Source: Saprolegnia diclina VS20 | Taxonomy: Eukaryota | Length of the DNA: 42,816 nucleotides | Direction: 5' to 3' | Assembly: GCF_000281045.1 (NCBI RefSeq) | Contig: NW_008246108.1 | Coordinates: 1 to 42,816, forward strand | Position numbers and translations under genes: made by a program | Shown here: one piece after another, positions 25,001 to 36,210 of the stretch | Position numbering within the stretch: position 1 is the stretch's first letter | Layout: each line of letters opens with the position of its first letter | Notes under the pieces: generated by a model | Databases searched by the model: none | What the model was told of the DNA's origin: nothing | The model's input: only the letters and a program-made list of their open reading frames with translations

Positions 25001-26640
25001 CGGTTGGAGGTCGTGCAAACTTGACGCTCGCGTGTCTCGTCGTCCACACGCGCTTGGAGCGCGCGCTGGGTCTGCAGGAGGGACTCGATGCGGCTTTGGA
25101 GCTCGGCGACGTGGCGCTCGGCGTCTTCCTGGGCGACGCGCCGCCGCCGCAGCTGCGCATCCCGCTCGTCGACAGCCGCCTCTAGCGACGCGACCTTGGC
25201 CGAGAGCTCGGCCGTTGTTTCCAGCGACCGCGTCTTGTCGCTTGCTTGCAGTCCCAAGTTGGATCGGAGAATCTCAAGTTCGCGCTCGTGGGCCTCTTTT
25301 TGGAGCACGAGCTCCTTGCGCGCGAGCTCGAGCTCGCTCACCTTGGTGTGCAACGCGAGGACCTTGGGTCGCAGCTGAGCTAGCTCTGACGCGCTCGCAG
25401 AGGCTTGCGCCTGAGCGTCAGACACGGCGTGCGACGACGCTACCTTGTCGTACGACGACGACGTCATGGTATTCTCGAGCGCCTAACCAAAAGCTCAATA
25501 AATGTGTCCGTTAATTTGGGATAAGTACCGCAATCCGAGCTTTTTGCGTGGCGATTTGGTCGTTGGCGTTGGAGAGCGCGAGCTCGAGCTTCGCGAGCGC
25601 CTGCGCTTGCTCGTCGTACGACGTTGTGCACGAGGCGTGCTCGGCCTCGAGCGCTTGGAGTGCACGCGTCGTCGTCTCGAGCTCGTGCAGGTATTGTCGG
25701 TTCTGATCTTGCACGAGTCTAGACAGTGTGTGAACGCGAGGTGCGCGAATTGGGACACAAACGTAAGCTGCTGGGTCGTGTACTTGGCGTGGTCGACTTC
25801 ATCTTTGGACGCGTGGAGCTTGCGCTCGTACTTGGCGACTTGCTCGTTGAGGAGATCGACTTGATGCAGCAGCTGCTCATGCTCGAGCTGCTGCTCAAGG
25901 TGGTAGGCTTCCATATCGTACATGGCCTTGATCTACAGTCATGACGAATCCGTAGGTGCATGCACAAAGGAAACGGTACCTCGGCAAAGTTCTTGGACTG
26001 GTGACCGTCCTTTAGCAGGTTCCCAAGCCGGTCAATCTCGGCTTCGCGCGACACAATGTGGGCTTCGAGCTGCTGCACTTGGTGATGAAGCGCCTTGTTG
26101 TCCACGCTCAAGCTCTGGAACTGCCGCTGCCTGGACGTAAACAACGTGGTCGGAGATGGCGGTCACATAGCGTCGAGCGTACCATGCATCATCACCAGAG
26201 ACGTCGGGTACGGGCGGCGCGGGCGCCTGCGTGCGCTTGGCATCGGGCAGCTGTCTCTTCATCTCGATCGACGTATCGTCGCCGGGCTTGGCCTCGAAGC
26301 GCTGGAGCTGGGCGTAGAGCTTTTGCAGTTCCGTGTCCTACAATAGCAATACATGAGCAAGCGCGATCGCAGCAGCGAGCGTATTACCTTCTTTTGCAGC
26401 TGCTGCGACTTTTGCGCGTTGAGGAACGTAAGCTCTTGGACGCGGTGGTCCATGTCCTTCTCCAGCGTGGTCATGACCGTGGCCTTGGCCTCAAGCTCTT
26501 CCTGGCACCGAATGAGCTCGAGATGGAGCGCGTTGTTCTCACGCAGGAGGGCATGGTTCTCCTTCTGGAGCACGAGGAAGCTCTACGCCATGGCCATGAG
26601 GCGGCGGTCGCCAGCGCCGACGTCGTACCTCCTGCGTCAT
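22085..26640 (-). CDS. CEP135: CEP135/Bld10-like centriolar coiled-coil protein, many introns
   Basis: Inferred start MTQE|SFLVLQKENHALLRENNALHLELIR...VQELTFLNAQK and REAEIDRLGNLLKDG resemble conserved CEP135 N-terminal segments (from memory). The rest is continuous heptad coiled coil. Last exon ...YYSDDEETKTP-TAA at 22085. Confidence 0.7.
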
Positions 26641-27099
26641 GCTCCTCTGAAATTCGAATTGGGCGAATTGAGAGCTGTCAAATTATTATTCGCGATGGCA
26701 GAGACTGCTTAGTATTATCAAGGTGTTTTTATTCAATCAAGTCGAAAACACATATTTTAATACGGAATCCGCGGCGAGGATTGGCTCGTTTTCTGGAGGG
26801 AAGGACGCCATTTGAATCCTTATCCGGCAAATCCGGTAAACAGTCCTGGCAGCTCCGCTTGATGCCTGTCGGCTTGACACGCAAAGGCCGTCTGCAGGGG
26901 AGCTGTTGTGGTCGTCGCGATATATAGGGACGATGCAAGAGTGCAGGCAATGATGGGAGTTTACTGCGCAGCTGCAGTAGTAACAAGTTGTTGTTGAAGT
27001 GAGTCTATTTAGATATAATTCAGTAGTAACAAATTATTCGAGTACATCAAAGTCGGTGAGGTGTTGCTCAAGCAGCGACAGCAGAGGAACGTATCCACT

Positions 27100-27932
27100 T
27101 CGATGCTAGGAGCCACGAGGTATACACAACGGGATGAAATGAATTTGTATTTATGGATCGCCCGCTGGGGGCAGCACGCTGGAGCGTCTCTCGAGTGGTT
27201 CTACGCGATGCCGGAGGTAAGACACAACGACGGCTAGCATCAAGATAAGCTGCTCGCATGGCTCGCCGAGTATTTGGCCGATATCATCGCGCTCATGGAC
27301 GGCAGCCACATCCCGGACAATGCGCACAGCACCTTGGACGTCGCGTCGACTCTTGCATGTAATACATCATGCAAATGCAAATGTAAACAATGGACGATTG
27401 GGACGCTTAGTAATTGGCATTTGCGTGCTCGAGACAGAGCGCGACAACCTTGAGATGGTCCTTGCAGACCTCAAGCAGGCCCAAGGCTGACGAGGCCAAG
27501 GCGCTCAATATGGCAGCGCAGGGAAATGCAGCTCTGAAGTCGACGGTCACGTCGCTCAAGGCGAGTAGCGACATCCTGCAGGAGACAGTGAAGGGCCTGA
27601 AGGCCACGATTACCCGGCACGATACGGCTGGGGCGTTCTCGGAGAAAGAGAAGCTCTTCTGCCGTGAGCCCGACGACCTGCAGCGCCCAGCAAAAGAGAC
27701 CCACACGCAGCAGCCAGTCTACAGCAGCATCTCGTGCGCTTTGCGGCGCTTCCTACTCACAAGGCTGGCATCGAAGAACTTTCCGCTGCTCGAGGAAGAA
27801 TCCTTGCCTGGGTCGAAAAAACCTGATTTGGCTCAGGTTGAGTCTGCACTCAGTGCAGAGACTCTACGCAACGTTGCGCCTCGGAGTGCTGGGCGCCCGA
27901 GAACGCTAGGTGCGCGAGGCTTGGGATACTAG
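27100..27932 (+). pseudogene. Probable decayed gene or mobile-element ORF remnant
   Basis: Coding-like fragments (HQDKLLAWLAEYLADIIALMDG; coiled-coil ALKSTVTSLKASSDILQETVKGLKAT) interrupted by stops and frame changes. Confidence 0.3.
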
Positions 27933-27968
27933 GATAATACGAGCCAAAAAGACAAAATGAATTGGTGG

Positions 27969-29432
27969 TTAATTGCCCGAAGGCGAGAACGCCCAGTCCT
28001 GTTCAAACTCGATGCGGTGGCGTCGACCGTGGTCTTCGAGACGTTGCTGGTCGTCGTCCGCCCAATCGGCGTCGTACTTGAACTGGAGCGAAACCTTGGA
28101 CGTGGCGCGGAGCACTGTCACGATGCGCTTGCGGCCCGCGAGCCCGAGCCCCATGTCACGGACTTGGAGCTGGATCTCGTTCGTGTTGCGCGTTTGGCGC
28201 AGCGCTGCAGTGAGCTGCGTGCTGCTGGCCTTGGAGATGCGCAGGGCCACATAACTCGTGTCGCGTCGGCGGCTCAGCCACCCCGAGAGCGCGAGGAGGA
28301 TTCCACTCATTTGGGCGTCCGAGAGCGGTGTCTCGCTAATGTTGAGGCGCCCAAGCTGCTGCGACGACGTGAGCAGCAGCACGATACCCTCCACAACATC
28401 GTTGGTCACGGTAACGCTCGGTAGCACGAGCGCCTGCAGCTGGGGCATGGGGGGCAGCGCCGTCAAGCGTGCGTTCTCGAGCTTGATCTTGCGCAGCGTT
28501 GGAATCGACGCCAGCACGCGCACGATCTGCGTCACGTCGACAGGCTCGACCATGGCCAAGGCGAAGCCCACGAGACGCGAGCCTGCAATCTTGGCAGCGA
28601 ACGCCTCGGCCGGGAGCTTCTCCCGACGGAGTGCGAGGCGGCGCAGCTGCGGCGGCACTGGCGGCAGCGATAAGTCCAAGAGGAACCGCGTGACGTTGGG
28701 CACGAGGAGGAGCTTGAGCATCGTCAAGGTCGTCGATGCCAGCATCGTGTGGGCTACCTTCTTGGCTGCCGCAGGGGCAAAGTCGATGCCAATGATCTTT
28801 AATTCGCGCGTGTTTGGTCGCGCGAGCCACGCCACCAAACTAGAGGCGTTGTCGAGCAGCGAGAGTCGGTCGACTGAGAGCCGAAGGCGGCGCAGCCGCG
28901 GGCACGACGCGCGAATGACGCCAAGGACGTCGTCGAGCTGGCCTTGGTCGACGCTACCAAACTGCCAGTGGATGTAGAGCGCGCGGAGCTGGGCGCAGTG
29001 GGCGAGTGCTCGAGGATCGAGCCGCATCATGAAGGGTACGTTGATGGCCATGAGCGTGATCGACTCGACCCAGTCGCCATAGTTGGCACGTAGGCGTGGG
29101 ACGTCGTGGACGTAAGCGTGAATCGTGGTCGACGGCGCACGGCCCACGCGGCTGCGGTTCGCGCGGAGCCAGCTCTCATCGACGCACAGCGTTCGCATCG
29201 CCGGCAGCGCCCGAGCAAGCATCGAGACATCCACCCCGGGCATGGCCTGCGTGTTGGGGAAGGGCCAGAGATGGTACATGTGGCCTGGCGCGAGGAGCGT
29301 TCGGAGCGCATCCAAGGCGTCGTCAATGGCGGACGTCGGCAGCGCGCAGAGGAAGGCCGCAACGTCGTCGGCGTCGTAGACGCATTGGACGATCTGACGC
29401 ACGATCGGCGGCAGCCACACTTGCGTTGCCAT
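27969..29432 (-). CDS. Leucine-rich repeat (RNI-like) protein, paralog of 20131-21510; intronless
   Basis: Start MATQVWLPPIVRQIV..DVAAFLCALP..LDALRTLL..LWP. LRR units CAQLRALYI, CPRLRRLRLS, TLTMLKL, TLRKIKLEN, QLGRLNISETPLSD. Confidence 0.8.
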   Translation of the reverse strand: MATQVWLPPIVRQIVQCVYDADDVAAFLCALPTSAIDDALDALRTLLAPGHMYHLWPFPNTQAMPGVDVSMLARALPAMRTLCVDESWLRANRSRVGRAPSTTIHAYVHDVPRLRANYGDWVESITLMAINVPFMMRLDPRALAHCAQLRALYIHWQFGSVDQGQLDDVLGVIRASCPRLRRLRLSVDRLSLLDNASSLVAWLARPNTRELKIIGIDFAPAAAKKVAHTMLASTTLTMLKLLLVPNVTRFLLDLSLPPVPPQLRRLALRREKLPAEAFAAKIAGSRLVGFALAMVEPVDVTQIVRVLASIPTLRKIKLENARLTALPPMPQLQALVLPSVTVTNDVVEGIVLLLTSSQQLGRLNISETPLSDAQMSGILLALSGWLSRRRDTSYVALRISKASSTQLTAALRQTRNTNEIQLQVRDMGLGLAGRKRIVTVLRATSKVSLQFKYDADWADDDQQRLEDHGRRHRIEFEQDWAFSPSGN

Positions 29433-29691
29433 GGATTTTGGAAATGGTGTGGGAAATGTGGAAAAGAGGTGAAAATACCAGCGGTGGTGCGGTGCAGGCC
29501 TTTTCCACGCTTTCTTTTTAAAATAAAACAAATAATATCGTGCAAAGTGGAGTAGTGCATACATTTGAATGCTTCTTTGACGAAATCGGTAATTAAAATA
29601 ATGTTGCGTTTTATTTTCAGCGTTTGGATCCTTATCCGGATAAACCATGACGTGGCAGCTGGACGCGGAGCTTTGCGTCGCTCGGCGGGAT

Positions 29692-29723
29692 CAAGGGTAT
29701 ATAAGATCTCTTATATACCCTTG
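29692..29723. repeat. Perfect inverted repeat, 15-bp arms with a 2-nt spacer
   Basis: caagggtatataaga-tc-tcttatatacccttg. Confidence 0.95.
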
Positions 29724-30993
29724 GCAGGATCCTGCAGCGCACATCACGGTGCCGGCACCATGCATTGACCGACATGCATATATCTCCAAGTTGATTGCGG
29801 AGTATGAACCTAGAAACACCTAATCTTATCAAGTGGCGGCACGAGATTCGCGAGTGGCATGAATGTGGTGTTCCCATCTCACTGCAGAAGAGGTGGTGTC
29901 GATATCAAATGTACTATTTTCTTAAAACGATGCTATGAGATGGAGGAACGTGTCGGGATCTTTGCTTGCGTCTTGCGCCCACAGGTGGCTCTACAACCAA
30001 AGGACATGAGCGTAGATCCATCAATGCAAAGTTGTTTGTACCTGACATGTCCTACGGCGTGTGCAAGAAGCAAAGCCGGTAGCCCGAGGTCGCGTCGTGA
30101 AGCTGCGAGCAGCAACCGAGGACGCTGCATCGCTGTAGCGCGAGATTGGTGTGGAGCGTCGTAAGGCCCCAAAATGATCCATGACCAGGCAGCGCGTGCT
30201 GCTTCAGGCCGTTGTACGCGAGAGAAAGGTCTGCAGCGCCTCGTCCTGCTCGGCTGGTGTCGCGCTCGTCTTGTACAAAAGTGGATCCTCGGCGCGCGGA
30301 GCACGGAGACGAGCGTCGGGCGCGGCACGACGTTCTGTGGCGTGGGCATCGACCGCTGGGCGTGGGGCCGCGGAGGGTGCAGGAATCCATAATGCAAGAA
30401 ATAAAAGGAGTCGTGTCGGTCGTCAGCCTTCATGTTGCCTTCTTGGTCATCGTCTGGAGCGTTCTTCAAGGAGAGTGATGCCTACGACGAGACCGTACCG
30501 CAGCTGGTCCGCGCCGCTCGATCCGCAACAATCGAGCGGTGTAAAGCAATCGTGGTATGCTTGGCAACGCGCCACATCATCTTGTCGAGCGCCTTGATCG
30601 TGGTCGGCAGCTACGCTCTTGCTCGACGGCCGTTCCGAGCTGGGCGTTGATAGGCGCAGCGTCGTCGATACCGGTCTCGTGAAAGCTCTCGTGAAGCACC
30701 CCACTTGTTGCAGCTGCACTCGATCCAGTGGTGTGCACCTCTACGATAGACGCTGGCAACTTTCAAATCGAGGTTTACGGTATAGGAGCCACACTGCGGT
30801 CGGAAGATGAGCAGGTTTCGCTTGACGGCAATAATGGCTCGAACGACGAGCCCAAGGGATCTCGTTGGACCTGCATTTTTTTTCAATGCATGGATAGAAC
30901 GCGTCAAAATGGCTTGGACAAGTAACATCACGCTAACGTCGCTGGTGTTTATTGATGTCCTTGAAATATGGATGGCTCTATCGATGGCGCCGG

Positions 30994-32260
30994 CTATGAC
31001 GAGCAGGCGCAGTCCTCGTCGTCATGAAAGCGGGCGGCCAGCGGCGGTTCGAGCGGCTGGATGTGCACCGGTGGCTCGAGCGGCGAAATTAGAACAGAGA
31101 TGGCCGTCCCGATCTTCTCGTCGTTGACGCAGACGCTAAAGTAAGCGTCCACGAGCTGCATGACAAAATACTCTTCGATCACGATGGGCGTGAAGCGCAG
31201 GTCCAAGTGCTCGCGAAAGAGTGTCGTCGTGTTGGCACGGAGCACCTACGCACCAATAGTATTTTCGAACATTTGTCCTAAATGTATCAATCTATCGACC
31301 TGGATAAAGTCCGCGTTGGACGTGGCGGTCTTGGCACCGCACGTCGAGAGAAAGCACTCCTTGAGCGACATGTCGATCGCATCGCCGAGCACCGAGACGA
31401 GCGTGTTAACCACATGACTGACAATGTAGTCTTCCATCGGGCGCGGGATCGAGACCGGCAGTGGCAGCTGCAGCAAATTTTGACATTGCTCGCGGATCAA
31501 ATTGACGTTTTCAATGCCCATAGCGCCACTATCGACAAAAAAGGTTATGAGACAAATGCACAACAAGACAATCCGAGACAACGCACCGAATGAAAATGCC
31601 AATCAGCGGCAGTGGCGGTATCTCCTTGTCGAGGATTTCGTCGAGCTTGGACTCGCCCATGGCATCCGAGACAACCGCGACGACGCCGTGGATGACGAGG
31701 TTCTGGTCTTCGTCGCTGAGGTATGGCAGCTGCATGACCGACTGGAGAAACGTGACCATGCGGCCACGGAGCACCTCGCGCTCTTCTTCGGGCAGCGGCT
31801 TGGACGTCAAGATGCCTACCGTGCGATGAGCGCACATATGTTGTCATCGCAAAACGTTGTGCACATAGCGTACGGGACCAGTAGGACTTGGGCAAAAAGT
31901 CCTGCATGGACGTGATGATACGCTCGACCGCGTGCTCGAAAATCTCTTGCTCTTCGTCCTCGTCCATGTACGGCAAGTCGACAATGCCGTTGATGAGTGT
32001 TGCGAGCTTCTTGATCTACAAATACTTTTGGCGCCATAGTACGCCACACGCTGTGAGCATACCAACTTGGACGGCAGCGGCGCGGCTTCTTGCTGCGCCA
32101 CGCTGCTTGGTGCAACGACGGCGAGGGTCGCGAGCCCTGCTGCCGCCAGCGTCGAGAGCATCGGCGCTGCAGACGCCTTTGGCGCATGGAAGGCGTGGGT
32201 CAAGAGCGCTGGGCGCCGACGTGTGGCGGCCAAGAGCCGGCGGGCGACGTGCTTGTGCAT
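30994..32260 (-). CDS. Uncharacterised, probably mitochondrial, helical-repeat protein (paralog A), 5 exons
   Basis: MHKHVARRLLAATRRRP presequence plus hydrophobic STLAAAGLATLAVVA. Exons give IKKLATLINGIVDLPYMDEDEEQEIFEHAVERI ... VLRANTTTLFREHLDL. Four introns at the same positions as in paralog B. Confidence 0.85.
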
Positions 32261-32972
32261 CGCACCTCGTGGAATGGTGTCGCAGCTTCAATGGTGTCCG
32301 AATCCCTGCTCTGCCATGCAAGAAGGGAGTTGCCCGTCTTGTTTTACACTATTTCATGTTGCTGACGTTTTAGGAACCGCAACTTGGGCCGCGGAAAGGG
32401 ACGCAAATCCAAGCAAAGAAGCCTGTAGAGTGCGTAGGCTGTTGACGCGACAATTTGCGAAGTACTTTACAAGCTCGAAAGGAGGCAAGACTGTACATGG
32501 CATGCCATGCGAAATTACGTTTTGGCGCTTGTGGCCATTGAAGATACACTATAAAGTGCACTTATCTTGGATATATAGTGTAGAACGAAATATCATCTTG
32601 GTACAAACGTTGAGTACAGAAACACTATTTCCGTGACGTGCGTCAGGGTGGAAGTGGATATGCAATCTGAATATCTGGATATCAAGGGAGTTTCCCATCG
32701 CTTGTTGACATTTTTGGCGCTGGTTTTGGAAGCGTCATGCCCGACGCGTTCTTCCGTGCTATCGGCGTACCGACCCATGCCGATACGAACAGTGAGACAG
32801 TCGATGGAGACTACAGGACTATGTAGTCTCCATCGGCCCCAAGACGATACTGAAGCCGACGACGCGTCATCACTGCGTGACAACAAATTGGAGGACTAGC
32901 TCGTTGAAACGGTGGCGGGTTGGGCGTTGGGCTGCGTGGACGTGGCACCTCGAGCACTCTACGATTTGCATC

Positions 32973-34356
32973 ATGATGTTTGGTCGATGCAACCGACGGC
33001 TGCTCCTGCAAGCCCACCGACACCCCGCGTGCCGGCTGCACTTTCCTGCGCCCCTCCCACATCCCCGACGTTTCACGAGCGCGCACGCATCGTCGGCACT
33101 TGTGACAGGCCTCGCGCTCCTGGCGTGTGTGGCATCAACAGCGCCTCTAGTTATCGAATGCGAAGCCAGCCACACGAAGCCGCCGCTGCCCCGACACCTC
33201 GTACGCCATCAACCAATCTCTCGTAACGTCATGCTGACATGTGGTGCTAGGTCGTGCACCTGGCGGCCATGATCAATGGCATCATCGATTTGCCGCAAAT
33301 GGACGAACACGAAGAGCAAGAGATCTTTGAAGATGCCGTCGACAAGATCATTGCCGCGCTGCAGGACTTTCTACCCGCGTCGTACTGGACCCGTCCGTCC
33401 TCGGCCACCACTTGCAATAGACTCACATCAACACTGTGTTTAGGCATTCTCACCGACAAGTCGATCCCCGCCATCGAACGCGACATGCTTCGGCTGCGCC
33501 TTGTCACCTACCTTCAAGACGCTTTGCACTTGGCGTACTTGAGCGTCGAAGACCAGCACCTCGTCGTACACGCCGTCGTTGCGATCGTTGCCGACGCCAT
33601 GGGGCCAACGACGCTGGCGACGATCGTAGCACAACCGACGCCGCCGTTGCACTTGGTGGGCATCTTTATCCGGTAGATCTCCCTTCCGGTTCAAAATCTT
33701 GAGGTATCGATATACTGTTCTGTAGTGGCGCCATGGGCATTGAGAACGTCGCGCACATTCGCGACGCGTTCCACCACGTCCTCGACTACTCGCTGCCGAT
33801 TGCGATTCCCAAGCCGATCGAACATTACATTGTCGACGTGCCCACGGACGCTCTTGTCGGCGTGTTGAACCATGCGATCGAAGCGGCGTTGGTCGACTGT
33901 TTTGGCGCCTCACCACGCTACGTAATCGCGCGCGCCTCTGACTTTCACGAGGTATAACCTTCCGTGTACTATAGTCTAGTCGCCGTGGTTTAGTACAATG
34001 TGATTTTTTGTCGTGACTAGGTGCTGCGTGCCAAGATAGTGACGCTTCTAGAGGTGAAAACACAGCTGCACTTGTGCCCCTTGGTGCTGCGCCGACGCGT
34101 CATTCATGCCCTTGTCGACACGTATTTTAAGCTCTGCGTCAAACCCGCCAAGATCGACGCCGCGATTGCCCCGTTCCTCGCAAAGACAAGCGGCGAGCAC
34201 CCGATACGGTCGAACACGACCCTGGCGTCCGAGCCGTCGCTGCTGCCTCTGGACGTACGGCAGCAACTCTCTGCGATGGACGTGGTAACGACACCATCGC
34301 GCATCAAAGCCCGCGCAGGAACCAGCATCCACGACATGTTGTTGCTGGAGAAATGA
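32973..34356 (+). CDS. Uncharacterised, probably mitochondrial, helical-repeat protein (paralog B), 5 exons
   Basis: MMFGRCNRRLLLQ presequence, hydrophobic ALVTGLALLACVA then IECEA. Intron 33201-33250, then VVHLAAMINGIIDLPQMDEHEEQEIFEDAVDKI. Stop at 34356. Confidence 0.85.
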
Positions 34357-34785
34357 ACATTGTTGAATACAAGTAGTCCTTTTCATCCTAAAACACCCAT
34401 TGATAGTACAAGTGCGAGGACTAGCTGCAGCGCGTGTGACGCATGGGCTGGCAGTCGAGTGGACGTGTCGTCAGTTGGTGCAATTGGGTGTAGTAGCACT
34501 GGCAGCCAGCGCCTCCTCGACGGCGGGGATCTCCCATAGATGGGGATTACTCGCCACACATTGCAAAGATCCAAGCGACGGCAAACAAGGCGATGGACAG
34601 CGTCAACTGAGGGGCCAAGCCCGCCGACGTCACGGCGACGACACCACCAAACGACTCGGTCGACCACGACGCGCACGCTGATGGGTGCGTTCGATCGTGC
34701 TAGCGGTCGTGCGTCGAGTGGCTCGTTTCTGGCGCCAGCGCCACTCTTGCTGGCACCCAGCCACCATAACGAGAACCGCCAAAGC

Positions 34786-35208
34786 ATGACGAGTCTCTTT
34801 CGGCGCAAGCCTTACGAGACGGTGCCCAAGCATCTGCACGAGGCCACGCCGCGTCGCGGCTTCGAAAAGTGGATCGACAAGGTCTTCCACAGCGACAAGG
34901 CGCCGGCAAATACCAAGCAGTGTACGTGCCGGCGACGGCTCGCGCCCCTTCGAGCCAAGACCCGCGTCTACGCGACGCCAGTGACCGTCGCCCTCCCGAT
35001 CAAGTACATGCACGCACCAAAGAAGACATACCTTGTGAGCGGTCGCTTGGTGCCCTTCACGCCGCTGCAAGTGGCCAACTGGAAGGACCTGCGGCGCACG
35101 TTTGGGACCTTTGCGGCGATCAAGGAGGAGCGTAGCACGTGCGACTACTGCCAGTGCAAAAACAACGCCACGCGCGACTCTCTCGAGGACGTCGACGATG
35201 AGTACTAG
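34786..35208 (+). CDS. Unknown small Cys-motif protein with DDEY C-terminus, copy 1 (140 aa)
   Basis: MTSLFRRK...CTC...LPIKY...LVSGRLVPFTPLQVANWKDLRR..FAAIKEE..CDYCQCK..DVDDEY; aligns with three downstream paralogs. Confidence 0.88.
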   Translation: MTSLFRRKPYETVPKHLHEATPRRGFEKWIDKVFHSDKAPANTKQCTCRRRLAPLRAKTRVYATPVTVALPIKYMHAPKKTYLVSGRLVPFTPLQVANWKDLRRTFGTFAAIKEERSTCDYCQCKNNATRDSLEDVDDEY

Positions 35209-35802
35209 AGGCTTCGACGTGAACATAAGATCTTATTGAAGAACTGTTTTATTCAAAATGCTGATTTGCAATTTGTCCTAGTTCTATCGTGTAGCGATTT
35301 CCCGAAGCTCGACTTTGGACGCGTTGATGTGTCCACAAAGCCATGTTGGTGACTGTACTATGTGGTTGGTGAACCGCACGTTGGAACGGAAGGAAAAACT
35401 TGCCCACACGAGCGAGAAACTTTGGTGCTGCTGTATCTACACTCGTCGGTTCGTCGAGTAGAAGCGGGTTGAATCTTCTTCGTCTTTGCACATTTGTCTG
35501 CGCAACCCGTGTAATGGCAGATCGACTAACCGACTGAAAATTTGCCCACAGATCACGCTCGTCATACGTGGGCCAATCAGCGCATGAATTCAAAAGAGCC
35601 GGCGGCGATTTGCACCAATCACGCCTTCGCATGGCATCCTTCGCGCGTTCGCCGAAGCTTCCGATTGGCGCCATTGACAACATTCATAAAAGAATGTTGG
35701 TATGTTGGCGACCATGCGACAGTCGGCGGGACGACTCCTGCAGTCGTTCGGCGCAGCTGCCGAGTGCTGGCACCACCAGGAAGGAGTAGTATCAAATTTA
35801 CC

Positions 35803-36210
35803 ATGCCTTGCATTCTTCCCACACGATCATCCGAGCCCTGCGGCGCCAAGGGCCCGCGCGGCCTCAAGCGATGGTTTCAAAGTATCTTCAAGCCGACCAG
35901 CGCCAAGTGCGCCTGTCGGAAACCCTTCAAGCCAACGCGATCCAAGATCAAGGTGTCCAAACCAAAGCCTTGCTACAATCCGGTCTTTGTCGCCATTCCT
36001 CTCAAGTACGCCTCGGAGCACAAGCGGTCGCTTGTCGTCGCCGGTCGCCGTGTGCCCTTCACACCGTCCCAAGTCTCCCAATGGAAAGAGCTGCGCAGAG
36101 AATCCAGCGTCCTCTTCCCACCGATCGAAGAAGAGACCCATCTTTGCGACCACTGCTTGTGCAAAAGCAATGCCACGACGCACGAAGACGACGACGACGA
36201 CGAGTACTAA
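35803..36210 (+). CDS. Unknown small Cys-motif protein with DDEY C-terminus, copy 2 (135 aa)
   Basis: GLKRWF..CAC..IPLKY..VVAGRRVPFTPSQVSQWKELRR..FPPIEEE..CDHCLCK..DDDDDEY. Confidence 0.88.
   Translation: MPCILPTRSSEPCGAKGPRGLKRWFQSIFKPTSAKCACRKPFKPTRSKIKVSKPKPCYNPVFVAIPLKYASEHKRSLVVAGRRVPFTPSQVSQWKELRRESSVLFPPIEEETHLCDHCLCKSNATTHEDDDDDEY

Noticed and set aside
9369..26640. Dynein IC and CEP135 as a functional cytoskeletal gene cluster
   Set aside because: Separated by unrelated genes; no evidence beyond chance neighbourhood
29433..29648. N-terminal extensions given by the ORF track (LRR gene; also PTC7 and the DDEY copies 1, 2 and 4)
   Set aside because: They run through promoter/UTR-like sequence, often AT-rich; paralog alignment (where available) supports the downstream ATGs
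36046..36060. RVPF in the four-gene family as a PP1 RVxF docking motif
   Set aside because: Proline at the x position is excluded from canonical RVxF motifs; more likely a structural core
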